DNA from: an uncultured Nitrososphaerales archaeon
Lineage (GTDB): Archaea > Thermoproteota > Nitrososphaeria > Nitrososphaerales > Nitrososphaeraceae
Direction: 5' to 3'
Length of the DNA: 64,000 nt
Assembly: GCA_963713605.1 (NCBI GenBank)
Contig: CAVQMO010000010.1
Span: 512,001-576,000 of the forward strand
Of the stretch, positions 34,745 through 44,207 are shown in pieces (position 1 is the stretch's first letter; each line of letters begins with the position of its first letter). The notes under the pieces were generated by a model, which saw nothing but the letters and a program-made list of their open reading frames with translations, was not told where the DNA came from and did not search any database. Both the position numbers and the translations under genes were made by a program.

Positions 34745-35467
34745 ATGCAAAATGCTTCCGGAGTAACTTTCATCGTGAAAGAGATGGTAAAGCACCTTGG
34801 TAACTTGCTATTTGTCAATGCTCTATTCATATTCCTTCGCAAAAGAACAAAATCAGGAGCAGAGTACAATATCAAGTTAATTGGACAGCCGACTAACTAC
34901 TTTAAAATTAGCGCCGCCGTTATCGGCATATCGTCTTCGGTTATTTCAATTTTGATTGTAATTGTATTCGATCAAAACATAATGATAGTAATTGCTGCCG
35001 TATTCATTTCTCTTGGGACGGGGCGACAGATCTTTGCCTCGGCACTGGATGTCGTAAATACGAACCTGAACGCCTTCTTGTCATCTTGGGCATCAACTCT
35101 TCTATTGCTTGCAAAGAATAGGCTGATGGTGACGACGACAGATTGGCGTTCCATAGAACGTCGAGTCGAGCTGATACTCATGAGCAGGGGGCTTGGGTAT
35201 AATTTGCCAGTTAAACTCGATGGGGTAAAACCAGAATCTCAGCAAATATTATTAGAGTATTTGGATGAGCATAAATTGGAGTTAGAGTATCAACAGGCTA
35301 TTACAGATGATGATTCTAGCTGCCTTGCTTTTGTCCAATACGCAACTAAACAGATGAAAGAAAAGTTTCAGATATATGATGAACTGGAAGAACTACAGGA
35401 AAGAAGTGGAGGCGTTAACGCAGTAATCCTGATAGCATTGGGAACGTTGATTTGGTTAATTTCATAG
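34745..35467 (+). CDS. membrane hypothetical protein
   Basis: 240-aa ORF with TM segments and a TATA-like TTTTAAA upstream. Confidence 0.65.
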   Translation: MQNASGVTFIVKEMVKHLGNLLFVNALFIFLRKRTKSGAEYNIKLIGQPTNYFKISAAVIGISSSVISILIVIVFDQNIMIVIAAVFISLGTGRQIFASALDVVNTNLNAFLSSWASTLLLLAKNRLMVTTTDWRSIERRVELILMSRGLGYNLPVKLDGVKPESQQILLEYLDEHKLELEYQQAITDDDSSCLAFVQYATKQMKEKFQIYDELEELQERSGGVNAVILIALGTLIWLIS

Positions 35468-35484
35468 TTTGGCAGTTCTTACAG

Positions 35485-35719
35485 CAGAATATGTTTGTCA
35501 TTTCAGTACCATTTAGCAAGGAACAAGAACATGTTATTCCATGTCAAAGAACTCATGGAGTATCAAACTGGATATGTGGCTATTCATCCAAGCCATAACA
35601 AACTAATAACATCCCTAAAAACTGCTGTAGAAAATGGAGAGGGCATGCTAGACAAGGAAGCCACTTCACATGATGACCTGTTTGATTCTTTCAGATTATC
35701 CCTTCAGTTCTGGCATTAG
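35485..35719 (+). pseudogene. terminase-like 3' tail, sub-family A (longest A copy)
   Basis: QNMFVISVPFSKE/KNMLFHVKELMEYQTGYVAIHPSHNKLITSLKTAVENGEGMLDKEATSHDDLFDSFRLSLQFWH*. Confidence 0.88.
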
Positions 35720-35895
35720 TCTAGTCTGGCAAGACAAGGGAGATGGAATCTTGATATACATTTAGATCGGGGCACCCTGTGCTTTGTTGTCTGCAAGTCT
35801 GATTGAGCATGAACTGTAAGAGCTGCACCACAAAATAAGAAGGATATAGAATAAATGGAAAGGACCAACGCTAATATTTTCTGCGACAACACCAT
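35716..35895 (-). pseudogene. N-terminal signal-peptide fragment of a secreted protein
   Basis: MVLSQKILALVLSIYSISFLFCGAALTVHA|QSDLQT, then degenerates. Confidence 0.5.
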
Positions 35896-35949
35896 GCCAA
35901 ACTTTGAAGGCAATATTTAATGATGTTTACCTATGATCGCCTTCAAGGA

Positions 35950-36075
35950 TTCAGTAAACTCATAACAGCATTAAGGACAGCAGTACAGAAAGGGGACGGT
36001 ACGCTGGATAAGGAAGCAACTTCACATGATGACTGCCTGGATGCTTTCAGGTTGTCTTTTCAGTTTTGGCATTAA
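35950..36075 (+). pseudogene. terminase-like 3' tail, sub-family A
   Basis: FSKLITALRTAVQKGDGTLDKEATSHDDCLDAFRLSFQFWH*. Confidence 0.88.
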
Positions 36076-36330
36076 CATGGTTAGAACTTGATTTAGGATT
36101 CGCCGCTTTTGTAGGCTTGTCAATCCTGTCCAATGCCCCAATACCTCCTTCTTTTTCTTTATGCAATTCATGGCCTTTGTCTGCGTCATGGTAACCTAAC
36201 CAATAACAAAGGTTTAAAGTCATACTCAGTAACCTCGTTGGGGGTGCCTCGGGATATTTCTGATTCTTCCTCGCAATGGGTTTACCTTCAGGATCTTGAA
36301 ACAATACGTCATAAGATTCTCCTGTCATTA
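36047..36330 (-). CDS. hypothetical protein convergent on a terminase tail
   Basis: MTGESYDVLFQDPEGKPIARK... part of ORF 36047..36490. Start uncertain. Confidence 0.4.
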
Positions 36331-36468
36331 TTTGTAACTCCTCGAAAGATTTCACAGGAACTATGACTAAGGGACGTAGATAAGAAAGCAACAAGCCACG
36401 ATGACCTCTTTGATCTTCCAATAAATATATCTTACAAGTCTGCCTTAACGCTTTAAAGCGTAGTTTGG

Positions 36469-37222
36469 ATGGATACGTTATTGCATTCACAAGGACAAGG
36501 AGAACTTAGAAAGAAAACGTCCGTGAGCGCTGCCGTCCGTGCTCTTAGATTCGCGTTATGTCTCATTTTACTAATTATACCTGTGATGTCAACTGCTTTC
36601 TCTGATAACGCGATAGGACAGACAGTACACCCACAAAGAGTGGAGATTACAAGAGTAATAGATGGAAACGGGGCCAACCCTTGTCCACCTTTTCAGGGCC
36701 CTGGACTTCCCCCCGCCGGAGAGTGTGATCAAGCAACAGTATCAAAAAAGATTACTATATCATTTAGAGCTGTAGCCGGTGTGCCCAATGTAGCTATGTA
36801 GTATAGATGGAAAGGCTTTTGCAAGCTGTACCAGTCCCATTACCTTCAATAATCTTGCTTTAGGTATTCACACTTTCATAGTAAAAGATAAATCAGCGGC
36901 GCCTCAAAACCCAGATTCTTACACTTGGACCGTACTAACGCCAGCTCAAGGAGTACAAAAACTGATCGATACTATAAGTACGATGAATATCAATCCCGTA
37001 TTCAAAAATAGTTTGATATCTCAGCTAAAAAGCGTCAAGACAATAATTACCGATGGCAGTCCTAGCAACGACGTCACAGCATGCGTTCATTTAGATTCAT
37101 TCTTGATACAAGTAAGGATCCAAAGTCAGCTGGGGATACTAACTACTTCTCAAGCTAACCAAATAATATACACTCTGCCGTTTTCAGCGCAGGCAATAAA
37201 GACGTCATTGGGATGTGCATAA
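36469..37222 (+). pseudogene. secreted Ig-like-domain protein, split near 36800
   Basis: Signal peptide, ITISFRAV, then SIDGKAFASCTSPITFNNLALGIHTFIVK..YTWTVLTP continuing into 36983..37222. Confidence 0.65.
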
Positions 37223-37640
37223 AATACGAGCTAACGGTCTATAGACGCGACCAAACTTTCATTCAGTTATTAGCGTTACCCTAAAGCATTCATAGTTTCT
37301 GAAAGAATCTTACCATTGCAGTTGTGGCATTAGTTGGCGGGGAGACTACCCTTAACACCGAATGGTGCAAATTGCCTAGACTTAAGTAGGATTAGCCACC
37401 GTTGCCGGCAGCGCCACTTTCGTTAACTATGCGGTTTGGGAATCTGTGGAAGTTTACAGAAATGCTGTCAACAAAGTTGGCGTTCGGCGGTCTAGACTAG
37501 CCACTTATCCTGACAGCACAGTCGTATCGCCACATTTGTTCGAGGGTTGCGGTTCCTGAGATCTCCCAAGATTGAATTTGTTTGGCATATCTCCGTAATT
37601 CTGGCACTAGCAGTCTAGTCTAGTCTTATGGCAGTAGTCG

Positions 37641-37766
37641 TCAAGTGTGGTACTTTACTCTCGCCTCTTGAATGCTGTTTTTGTCGTTGTCGCTTTGCTT
37701 AATGAAGTCTGTGAAGTGCGTCCTATCCATTATGCTGTTACAGTGAATACATTCGAATCTCATCAT
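37641..37766 (-). CDS. CxxC micro-protein, copy 2 (Trp codon changed to TGA)
   Basis: MMRFECIHCNSIMDRTHFTDFIKQSDNDKNSIQEARVKYHT*RLLP. The upstream region is also conserved with copy 1. Confidence 0.7.
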   Translation of the reverse strand: MMRFECIHCNSIMDRTHFTDFIKQSDNDKNSIQEARVKYHT

Positions 37767-37863
37767 CTCGTTTTACTGTAAAGTCAACTCATAACGTCAA
37801 CATTGTTTATATACATTCTAGTATAGCTCTGCTAGAATCTTTCACTGTCACGGTCATGCTGGG

Positions 37864-37889
37864 TTCAGATTGTCACTGCAGTTCTGGCA
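37864..37889 (+). pseudogene. minimal terminase-like tail remnant, sub-family A
   Basis: TTC AGA TTG TCA CTG CAG TTC TGG CA = FRLSLQFW. Confidence 0.65.
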
Positions 37890-38105
37890 ACCTGATTTTA
37901 AACTGTATGCGTTAGTAGTCATGGACTCCACGTCTTTCCAGAAATCATCCCATATGATGTAGGACTTATCCCTTAGTTGCTTTCTACAAATATTACGGAG
38001 TCCTGAATCTAGGAAACCGTGAAGGATGAACTTTGAGCCCACAAATTGACCGACCTAAAAGAAGGCTAAAAGATAATAGTTGGTATCGTTAGTAATAGTA
38101 GTAGT

Positions 38106-38375
38106 ATGGTTACGCCGTGCTTCCAATCTTTTGTTGCAATAATCCTTGTTGCAACCGCTATTGTATTGCCAGTGTCAGTGTCGTTCGCAACGGAGCGAGC
38201 TATTCTACCTGAACCAGTACCTGAACCAGTACCTGAACCAGTACCTGAACCAGTACCTGAACCAGTACCTGAACCAGTACCTGAACCAGTACCTGAACCA
38301 GTACCTGAGTCAATACCTGAATTTTCCATATCGCCTTTCCCCTTCCCTTTTCCACCGAGTAGTAGTACCGGTTAA
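38106..38375 (+). CDS. secreted Pro/Glu-rich protein (PEPV x8), possibly continuing into 38397..38639
   Basis: Signal peptide followed by the tandem repeat. Confidence 0.6.
   Translation: MVTPCFQSFVAIILVATAIVLPVSVSFATERAILPEPVPEPVPEPVPEPVPEPVPEPVPEPVPEPVPESIPEFSISPFPFPFPPSSSTG
38208..38320 (+). repeat. 12-bp tandem repeat CCTGAACCAGTA x8 plus degenerate units
   Basis: Read directly from the sequence. Confidence 0.97.
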
Positions 38376-38686
38376 ATCGAACCCACAATCATCCCAATGT
38401 GCATAAACAGTGTGTCTGGATTCATACCTTTGCAATCGTTTGGTGCTACAACATGTCCAGCCCAATATTTGGAGGTAATCTTGATAACTAATCCTTCAAA
38501 TACAGCAGTTACGTTTAGTGGTAGTACTAGTAGTAATGTAAATAATTTACCTCCCGGCAATAACTTGTGCACGTACGGTGTATCATACGTAGGTTACCCT
38601 AGACTGATTTTATATGAATGCCTTCGATTGCCTGCATGAAAATGGTCGTGGGCGGAAATAATAGGAGATAAAAGAGACTGACTTCA

Positions 38687-38804
38687 ATGTCAAAGAGGTT
38701 TATCAAGATCCATCCTTCGTTGCAGAAATTGATAGTATCTCTGCAGACGGCTGTTGTGATAGATGATTCGAAGCTGGACAAACAGCAGACATCACACCAT
38801 GATA
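38687..38804 (+). pseudogene. terminase-like 3' tail, sub-family B
   Basis: MSKRFIKIHPSLQKLIVSLQTAVVIDDSKLDKQQTSHHD. Confidence 0.88.
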
Positions 38805-38844
38805 CCACATCTTAGCGAAATAAATAATAAACAAATATGAGTAT

Positions 38845-39048
38845 CTAACGACGATTGCTACTGCTATCATTAGTATTACTTGTTTCAGCAGTGTCGCTGC
38901 TATTTAATGGGATTTGAGTTGGATTATCCTTATGTTGTTTAAACTTCATTATGGCGCTGGCATAGGCACTACTGGACGTCCCCATGAGTACCGAACTAGC
39001 TATTAGTGCTGAAGCAATCGCTGCTATAGCTATTGCCAGAATATTCAT
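38845..39048 (-). CDS. small secreted protein
   Basis: MNILAIAIAAIASALIASSVLMGTSSSAYA signal peptide; TATA-like element upstream. Confidence 0.6.
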   Translation of the reverse strand: MNILAIAIAAIASALIASSVLMGTSSSAYASAIMKFKQHKDNPTQIPLNSSDTAETSNTNDSSSNRR

Positions 39049-39137
39049 CTTCACTTCAGTTCTGGGTAACAGTATAGAGCGCAAATATATATACTGATTT
39101 TTCTGAAAATTTGTGAGCACTGGGATAGGCAGTGAGT

Positions 39138-39284
39138 CTTGCTCCTTGTAAACATATACTGGGGTACAACAACGGCAACGTAGCGATTCATCCCAAGTTT
39201 AAAAACTATCACAGTGCCGTAGAAAAAGGAGAAGGGACTTTGGATAAGGAAGCAACTAGCCATGACGACGTTATTGACGCACTC
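39138..39284 (+). pseudogene. terminase-like 3' tail, sub-family A
   Basis: LAPCKHILGYNNGNVAIHPKF / AVEKGEGTLDKEATSHDDVIDAL. A detached QFWH* lies at 39398-39412. Confidence 0.85.
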
Positions 39285-39612
39285 ACTAATCATGATGCAA
39301 TGCATTAATCTGATGTACGACGGTCAATGTAACGGTTTACATAGCGTCAATGTAGTTGCCACCTTTGGAATCGATAAGATAAGATAAGACGAGCCCCCAG
39401 TTTTGGCATTAATGCCATGTCTTTTACAGGAACTCACTTCTGACGGGCGTGTTTAGGGTGTCTCCTCAGTTTTTAGCACTGAAGTTCGTGACTGGGGTGA
39501 TGGATCTACCTACTCCACATCCTAAGGCTGTAAATACAGAAAATATATCTACAATGCTATTCTTGAAAACTCAAGTAGTACTTTTCGCCATATGGACCTT
39601 GGATCGTAATGT

Positions 39613-41134
39613 GATGAGAGGGGCCAATATCATGACAATATCATTATTGTTACTAGTTTCTAGTTTGGCTATGCTCCTAGGAGAAGAAGCATTTGCTACA
39701 ATAGGGATAACGAATATGACTCAAACAGAACCCCCGTCAGGTTTTGCTCCTATTCAAAATGTTTCCTCGACCATGCCTATGCCTCTAGAACGCCTCACAA
39801 TGAGCGCACAATTTGCGCCAGATGGAAGATATCCTCCTGGTTCCGGATATTACCGAATGACAGCTTTAAGTCTCAGTCCAAACAGCAACCTATGCCCTGA
39901 TAATAATTGTCAATATGAATTTGAAGATGGGGAGCTTAGTCCTAATACATCTACAGGCGGATACCTTCTCGGTGGGATACTCCATGTCTCAACACAACAG
40001 AACAGAGGCAATGACACCAATCTATATAACGTAGAAGGAGAGCTTGATAGGGTCCAAGCTTTAGAGCAGCAGGATAACGTGACTGATTTCTTGACCGGTG
40101 AACTTAGAGTAGGAGCCGGAACAGGTAGTTTTGTAGATGACTTTGTTTACAGAATTCTGAATGGTTCGTTGACCCTTCTACCCGGAGGAGCCGTTCTTAC
40201 GCTACAAGGAGAGAGAAACCTTACTTCAGGCGTGCAACAACAGTCGTCCTCTCCTAATCTGACAACACTACAACAGCCCGCTAATCTGACAACACTACAA
40301 CAGCCCGCTAATCTGACAACACTACAACAGCCCGCTAATCTGACAACACTACAACAGCCCGCTAATCTGACAACACTACAACAGCGGCTGGAGCCGCCTA
40401 TGATTGAACAGACACCATCACAAACACCACTATCGCCACTACAACAATTAACCACCGCACCGCCTACAGCAGCACCGCCAACGACATCGTCTTCTGACCC
40501 ATTTAGTCAGACATCGGAAGTATTAGGTACTCAACAACAACAACAACAACAACTCTTCCCGTCTTCACCCTTAACATCTACACCTGGTGCAATACCATCA
40601 CAATCCTCGTACTACCCTCCTTCAAGTACAACATTTCCCCCAACTATTTATCCACCTTCGGGTACAACATACCCCTCAACCGGTTATCCACCTGTAGGCA
40701 CCTATCCAGGCACTGGTTATCCAATGGCTGCTGCCGGTGGCATAGGCGGCGTCTCTACATCCTCCCAAATTATAGCTCCATGGTTTCCGTCCCTTCCCGC
40801 CACTAATTGCGGTGGAACATTTGTCATGACAGTAGAAGGAATCCCAATAGGTGGTAATGGTAACGATAATGATAAGATTACTCCTTCTGATGAGAATGAC
40901 GATAATGGTGACAATGGTGATAATGACGACAAGCAGTACAGTGGCAAGAGCAATAGAAGGCTTGCAGTACAGATAAACTCTGATAACGGTCAAATAATCA
41001 CAGGACAACAGGATGCTATATTTGGTCAGCTATTTCAAGGACAGAAGAATATAGACCAGAACAAAGCTAATGACTTTGATATTAGATCAATATTCAACGA
41101 CTGCCAGGTCTCGATGTATAGTAAGCTAGATTGA
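39613..41134 (+). CDS. large secreted low-complexity (P/T/Q/S) surface protein
   Basis: Signal peptide (EEAFA), N-glycosylation sequons, ANLTTLQQP repeats, YPP repeats and an acidic stretch. The ORF is open from 39449. Confidence 0.8.
40253..40384 (+). repeat. 27-bp tandem repeat (about 5 units) encoding ANLTTLQQP
   Basis: Unit ctaatctgacaacactacaacagcccg, read directly. Confidence 0.97.
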
Positions 41135-41141
41135 AAAGAGT

Positions 41142-41618
41142 TTGAAAATCATTAACGCTAATTCTGAAATTCCCGGTATGAATGGCAGAGAAGAGGTCGA
41201 GAGTCTCTTAGGGAGCAGATTGAACTTGCAGCTAGCGACCATTGATGATACGGGTTATCCTAATATCCAGCCTGTGTGGTTCATATATGACAACGACAAA
41301 ACTAGACTCTATATACTAACTAGCGATACCTCAAAGAAGACTCTCAACATTCGCAACAACTATAAGGTCTATTTTTCCGTTGATGACTGCAACATTCCAT
41401 ACAAAGGTGTCAAAGGCAGAGGAAATGCAACTATCCTTAGCGATCCGGCAATTGTCATATCAACAGCAAATAAGTTAAGTATGAAGTACTACGGCTCACT
41501 TGATAGTCCGGCCGCAAAATCGTTGATAGACCGTTCAAAGCAGCAGGATGCGGTAGCGATCGAAATAAATCCCAAGTTCTTCTCCACATGGGATTTTGGT
41601 AAAATGCAATCAACATAG
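41142..41618 (+). CDS. pyridoxamine 5'-phosphate oxidase-like (PPOX/F420) protein
   Basis: LQLATID..GYPNIQPVWF..KK..NI..VYFSVD..YKGVKG.G..STWDF. Confidence 0.88.
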   Translation: MKIINANSEIPGMNGREEVESLLGSRLNLQLATIDDTGYPNIQPVWFIYDNDKTRLYILTSDTSKKTLNIRNNYKVYFSVDDCNIPYKGVKGRGNATILSDPAIVISTANKLSMKYYGSLDSPAAKSLIDRSKQQDAVAIEINPKFFSTWDFGKMQST

Positions 41619-41675
41619 ACAAACAGCCCAGACGTCTTTTTTTACTTATTCTAGTTTATTGTTGCTAGGAGTACT

Positions 41676-41719
41676 TAACTTTGTAAAGTGAGGAAGATAA
41701 TCAATCTACATATACAATA
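41676..41719 (+). promoter_or_regulatory. conserved upstream element, copy 1
   Basis: The 34 nt at 41686-41719 are identical to 42887-42920. Both precede paralogous genes. Confidence 0.65.
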
Positions 41720-41739
41720 GCTCAACTACTGTGTTTAAG

Positions 41740-41937
41740 ATGAGGACGGCCGCTATCACATATTTAGATATTCTTCACCCCAGGTGTGATTCAATTGACT
41801 GTACACAAGATGCCAAGTGCGAGAGGGAAATAAAAGTCAGCGATAGATTAGGTCATTCCTTTATGTTTACAGCATTTTTCTGTGAAAAGCACAAAGGTGA
41901 GGCAAAGATGCCATGGGACGATAGACTAATCCAATAG
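41740..41937 (+). CDS. small C-x4-C...C-x2-H Zn-finger protein, copy 1
   Basis: CDSIDC..A...FFCEKH. Confidence 0.7.
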   Translation: MRTAAITYLDILHPRCDSIDCTQDAKCEREIKVSDRLGHSFMFTAFFCEKHKGEAKMPWDDRLIQ

Positions 41938-42149
41938 CAGACACTAGTCAGGGCCGTCTTATTCACTCACTCTATGATATCATAAGGAAAAATCTAAGAT
42001 AGTGTAAGATAGTGTAAAAAGTTGACTTCTTTACGTCCCACACGATTTCTAGATGATCAGGCTCAGTATGAGGCTTTCCCAACTACACCTTTTATTTCTT
42101 TATTGAGATAACCTGCCCTAATTCGTGCCTTACCCCACCTCACACTTTA

Positions 42150-42644
42150 GGCATAGAAATAGAGTTAAGACATAGATAAAATATGCAAGCAAAATAACTG
42201 AGTCTGTTGACACCATTCTCCTGGGACGGAAAATGACTGATGTCTTCATCTCTTCCTGGTTAGATGCGATGAACAAACCTGATGACCCCTGATATGCGTT
42301 CTCTAAAAAGATGATAGAAACCCCAAAAGTTGTGTTCACTAAAACACTGAACAAATCTAGGTGGATAAATACAGATATTGCAACAGGTGATCTCATAGAA
42401 GAAGTTAGCAAGATAAAGAGCCAAAACGGGTGACATTATCGTTTATGGTGGTGCCTCATTTGATTCTTCCTTGATTAAAGAAAAACTAATTGACGAATTT
42501 TATTTGTTTATTAATCCTGTGGCAATCGGAAACGGTATGACCATATTTAAGGACTTGAACGAGATTCAAAAATACTCTCTGATTGAATCAAAAGTGTTTA
42601 AAAGCGGTAAAGTATTGCTCCGTTATGAGCCAAAGAAATCTTGA
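42150..42644 (+). pseudogene. dihydrofolate reductase / RibD C-terminal family, 5'-truncated and frameshifted
   Basis: VDTILLGRKM, PKVVFTKTL, DIIVYGGASFDSSLIKEKLIDEFYLFINPVAIGNG. Confidence 0.85.
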
Positions 42645-42876
42645 CAACAATAATAACGACAACGGCAAGAACTAGACCTTATTTAGACAGTGATCGATAG
42701 ACCTAAAAACTTGTTATACCCCAAGGACTAGTAATGACTTCGTTCGTGAGAACGCATGTCTTGGATTCGCCGACAGAAATCACGCCGCTGACAAATGGGT
42801 TCTGATACTGGGATGACAGGCGGACTTGGTATTTTAGCTGCATTAAGGAGTCTAGTCTATCGTTGCTAGGATTAGT

Positions 42877-42920
42877 TAACCTTGTCAAGTGAGGAAGATA
42901 ATCAATCTACATATACAATA
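42877..42920 (+). promoter_or_regulatory. conserved upstream element, copy 2
   Basis: Matches 41676-41719 with two mismatches. Confidence 0.65.
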
Positions 42921-42948
42921 ACACACTTAATGTGTGTAAGAATGTATT

Positions 42949-43140
42949 GTGTCGCCCTCAAATATAGATATTTTTAATCCTAGCTGTGATGCCATTGAAT
43001 GTGAAGAAGATGCCAAGTACGAGAGAGATATAAAAGTTCGCGATAGGCTAGGTCAACCTTTTATATTTACCGCCTTTTTCTGTGAAAGGCACAAAAACGA
43101 AGCTCAGACCCCATGGGATGATCATATGTGGGTTGAGTAG
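42949..43140 (+). CDS. small Zn-finger protein, copy 2
   Basis: CDAIEC..A...FFCERH...PWDD. Confidence 0.7.
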   Translation: MSPSNIDIFNPSCDAIECEEDAKYERDIKVRDRLGQPFIFTAFFCERHKNEAQTPWDDHMWVE

Positions 43141-43694
43141 GCGAGGCGCCTTAATGATAAGTAGCACTGATGGGATGGAAACCGTAAAAACACAGCCCCA
43201 TCGAGGTATCTAGATGGACGCAAATTATATGAAGAATGATTGCATAAGGTAGTGGGCCGTTAGGTCATGATCGCCATCCCTATTTCATCGTAGCAGAATT
43301 ACACCTGACTTGTTCCTAAAGCCTTGTTCTTTTCATATGCCTGAATAAATTCCTCGTCTTTGTAACCGAGACATCTGAATCTAACTTTCCTGCCATTTGT
43401 TCCAAGTCTTCAATCGATATGAAAACAATGGTATTATCAGTTGAGGGATTTGTAAACCCAGAGTCCTTAGGATATGACCTTACTGTCTCTTTCTGTAACT
43501 TGTCTGCAGTTTCAAGGGAGATCTCGTCTAATGCTGGAGTAGTGTTGCGTTGTCGATAGACATCGAGTTGGATAAATCTTAATTCAGTGTTAAATCTTTA
43601 GTAGCATTCTGGCACTAAGTTAGGTTTTCCTAGTCACGCGTCGACTGAAAACCCCGAAGTAATCTTTAAAAGAGTAATTGTTGCTCATCCACAA

Positions 43695-43919
43695 ATGTCA
43701 AATCCAGAAGAAAGGCGAAAAGAATTAGACGCTCTCTACAAAGTGGTTAACGACTCTCTAGATCGGAATAATGCTAGACTAAAGTATAATTTAATTCTGC
43801 AATTTAGAAATGAATTGGATTTGAGTAGGCTATGTGTAAATCAAGGCGATGCGGAAGGGGCATGGCTTCATAGTACGTTGGCTCAATCAATAGCTCAATA
43901 CCTGGACACAATGAAATGA
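43695..43919 (+). CDS. small helical protein, paralogue of 27208..27432
   Basis: MSNPEERRKELDALYKV; TTTAAA TATA box about 25 nt upstream. Confidence 0.75.
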   Translation: MSNPEERRKELDALYKVVNDSLDRNNARLKYNLILQFRNELDLSRLCVNQGDAEGAWLHSTLAQSIAQYLDTMK

Positions 43920-44207
43920 CGTAAAAAGTTGTTCTGTAACCCGGCCTTCTCGTCTTTTTGGTCTGACACTCCGGTGGTCTGAATCCATATTTTAGTTAGC
44001 GCTGTTACTAGTTGGGAGTATCATTTCCTACCTCGTGATATCGTAAACGGACTATTTACTGTGAACTACAACAAAACTGGATGATGGTACCATTGTTGAG
44101 AGCTACAAAAATGGAGGTACACACGATTCAGCCAGATGGCACTTCAATTTTCATAAACAAAGTAGAGATTAAATGGGATAACCCAGCCAGATGGGCTGAC
44201 TAGGTCC

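Noticed and set aside
38066..38406. Alternative-frame repeat ORFs (GSGT, YLNQ, VLVQ)
   Set aside because: Products of the 12-bp repeat. Only the PEPV frame has a signal peptide.
9661..39412. Terminase tails as a diversity-generating retroelement (TR/VR)
   Set aside because: No reverse transcriptase in the window, and the differences are mainly synonymous rather than adenine-specific.
38208..40384. 12-bp and 27-bp tandem repeats (also the 33-bp repeat at 34105) as CRISPR arrays
   Set aside because: No spacers. The unit lengths are multiples of 3 and lie inside secreted-protein ORFs, and no cas genes are present.
43607..43618. TTCTGGCACTAA (FWH*), and TACTGGCATTGA near 26714, as further tail remnants
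   Set aside because: Only 12 nt with no supporting upstream similarity or linked gene, so chance cannot be excluded.
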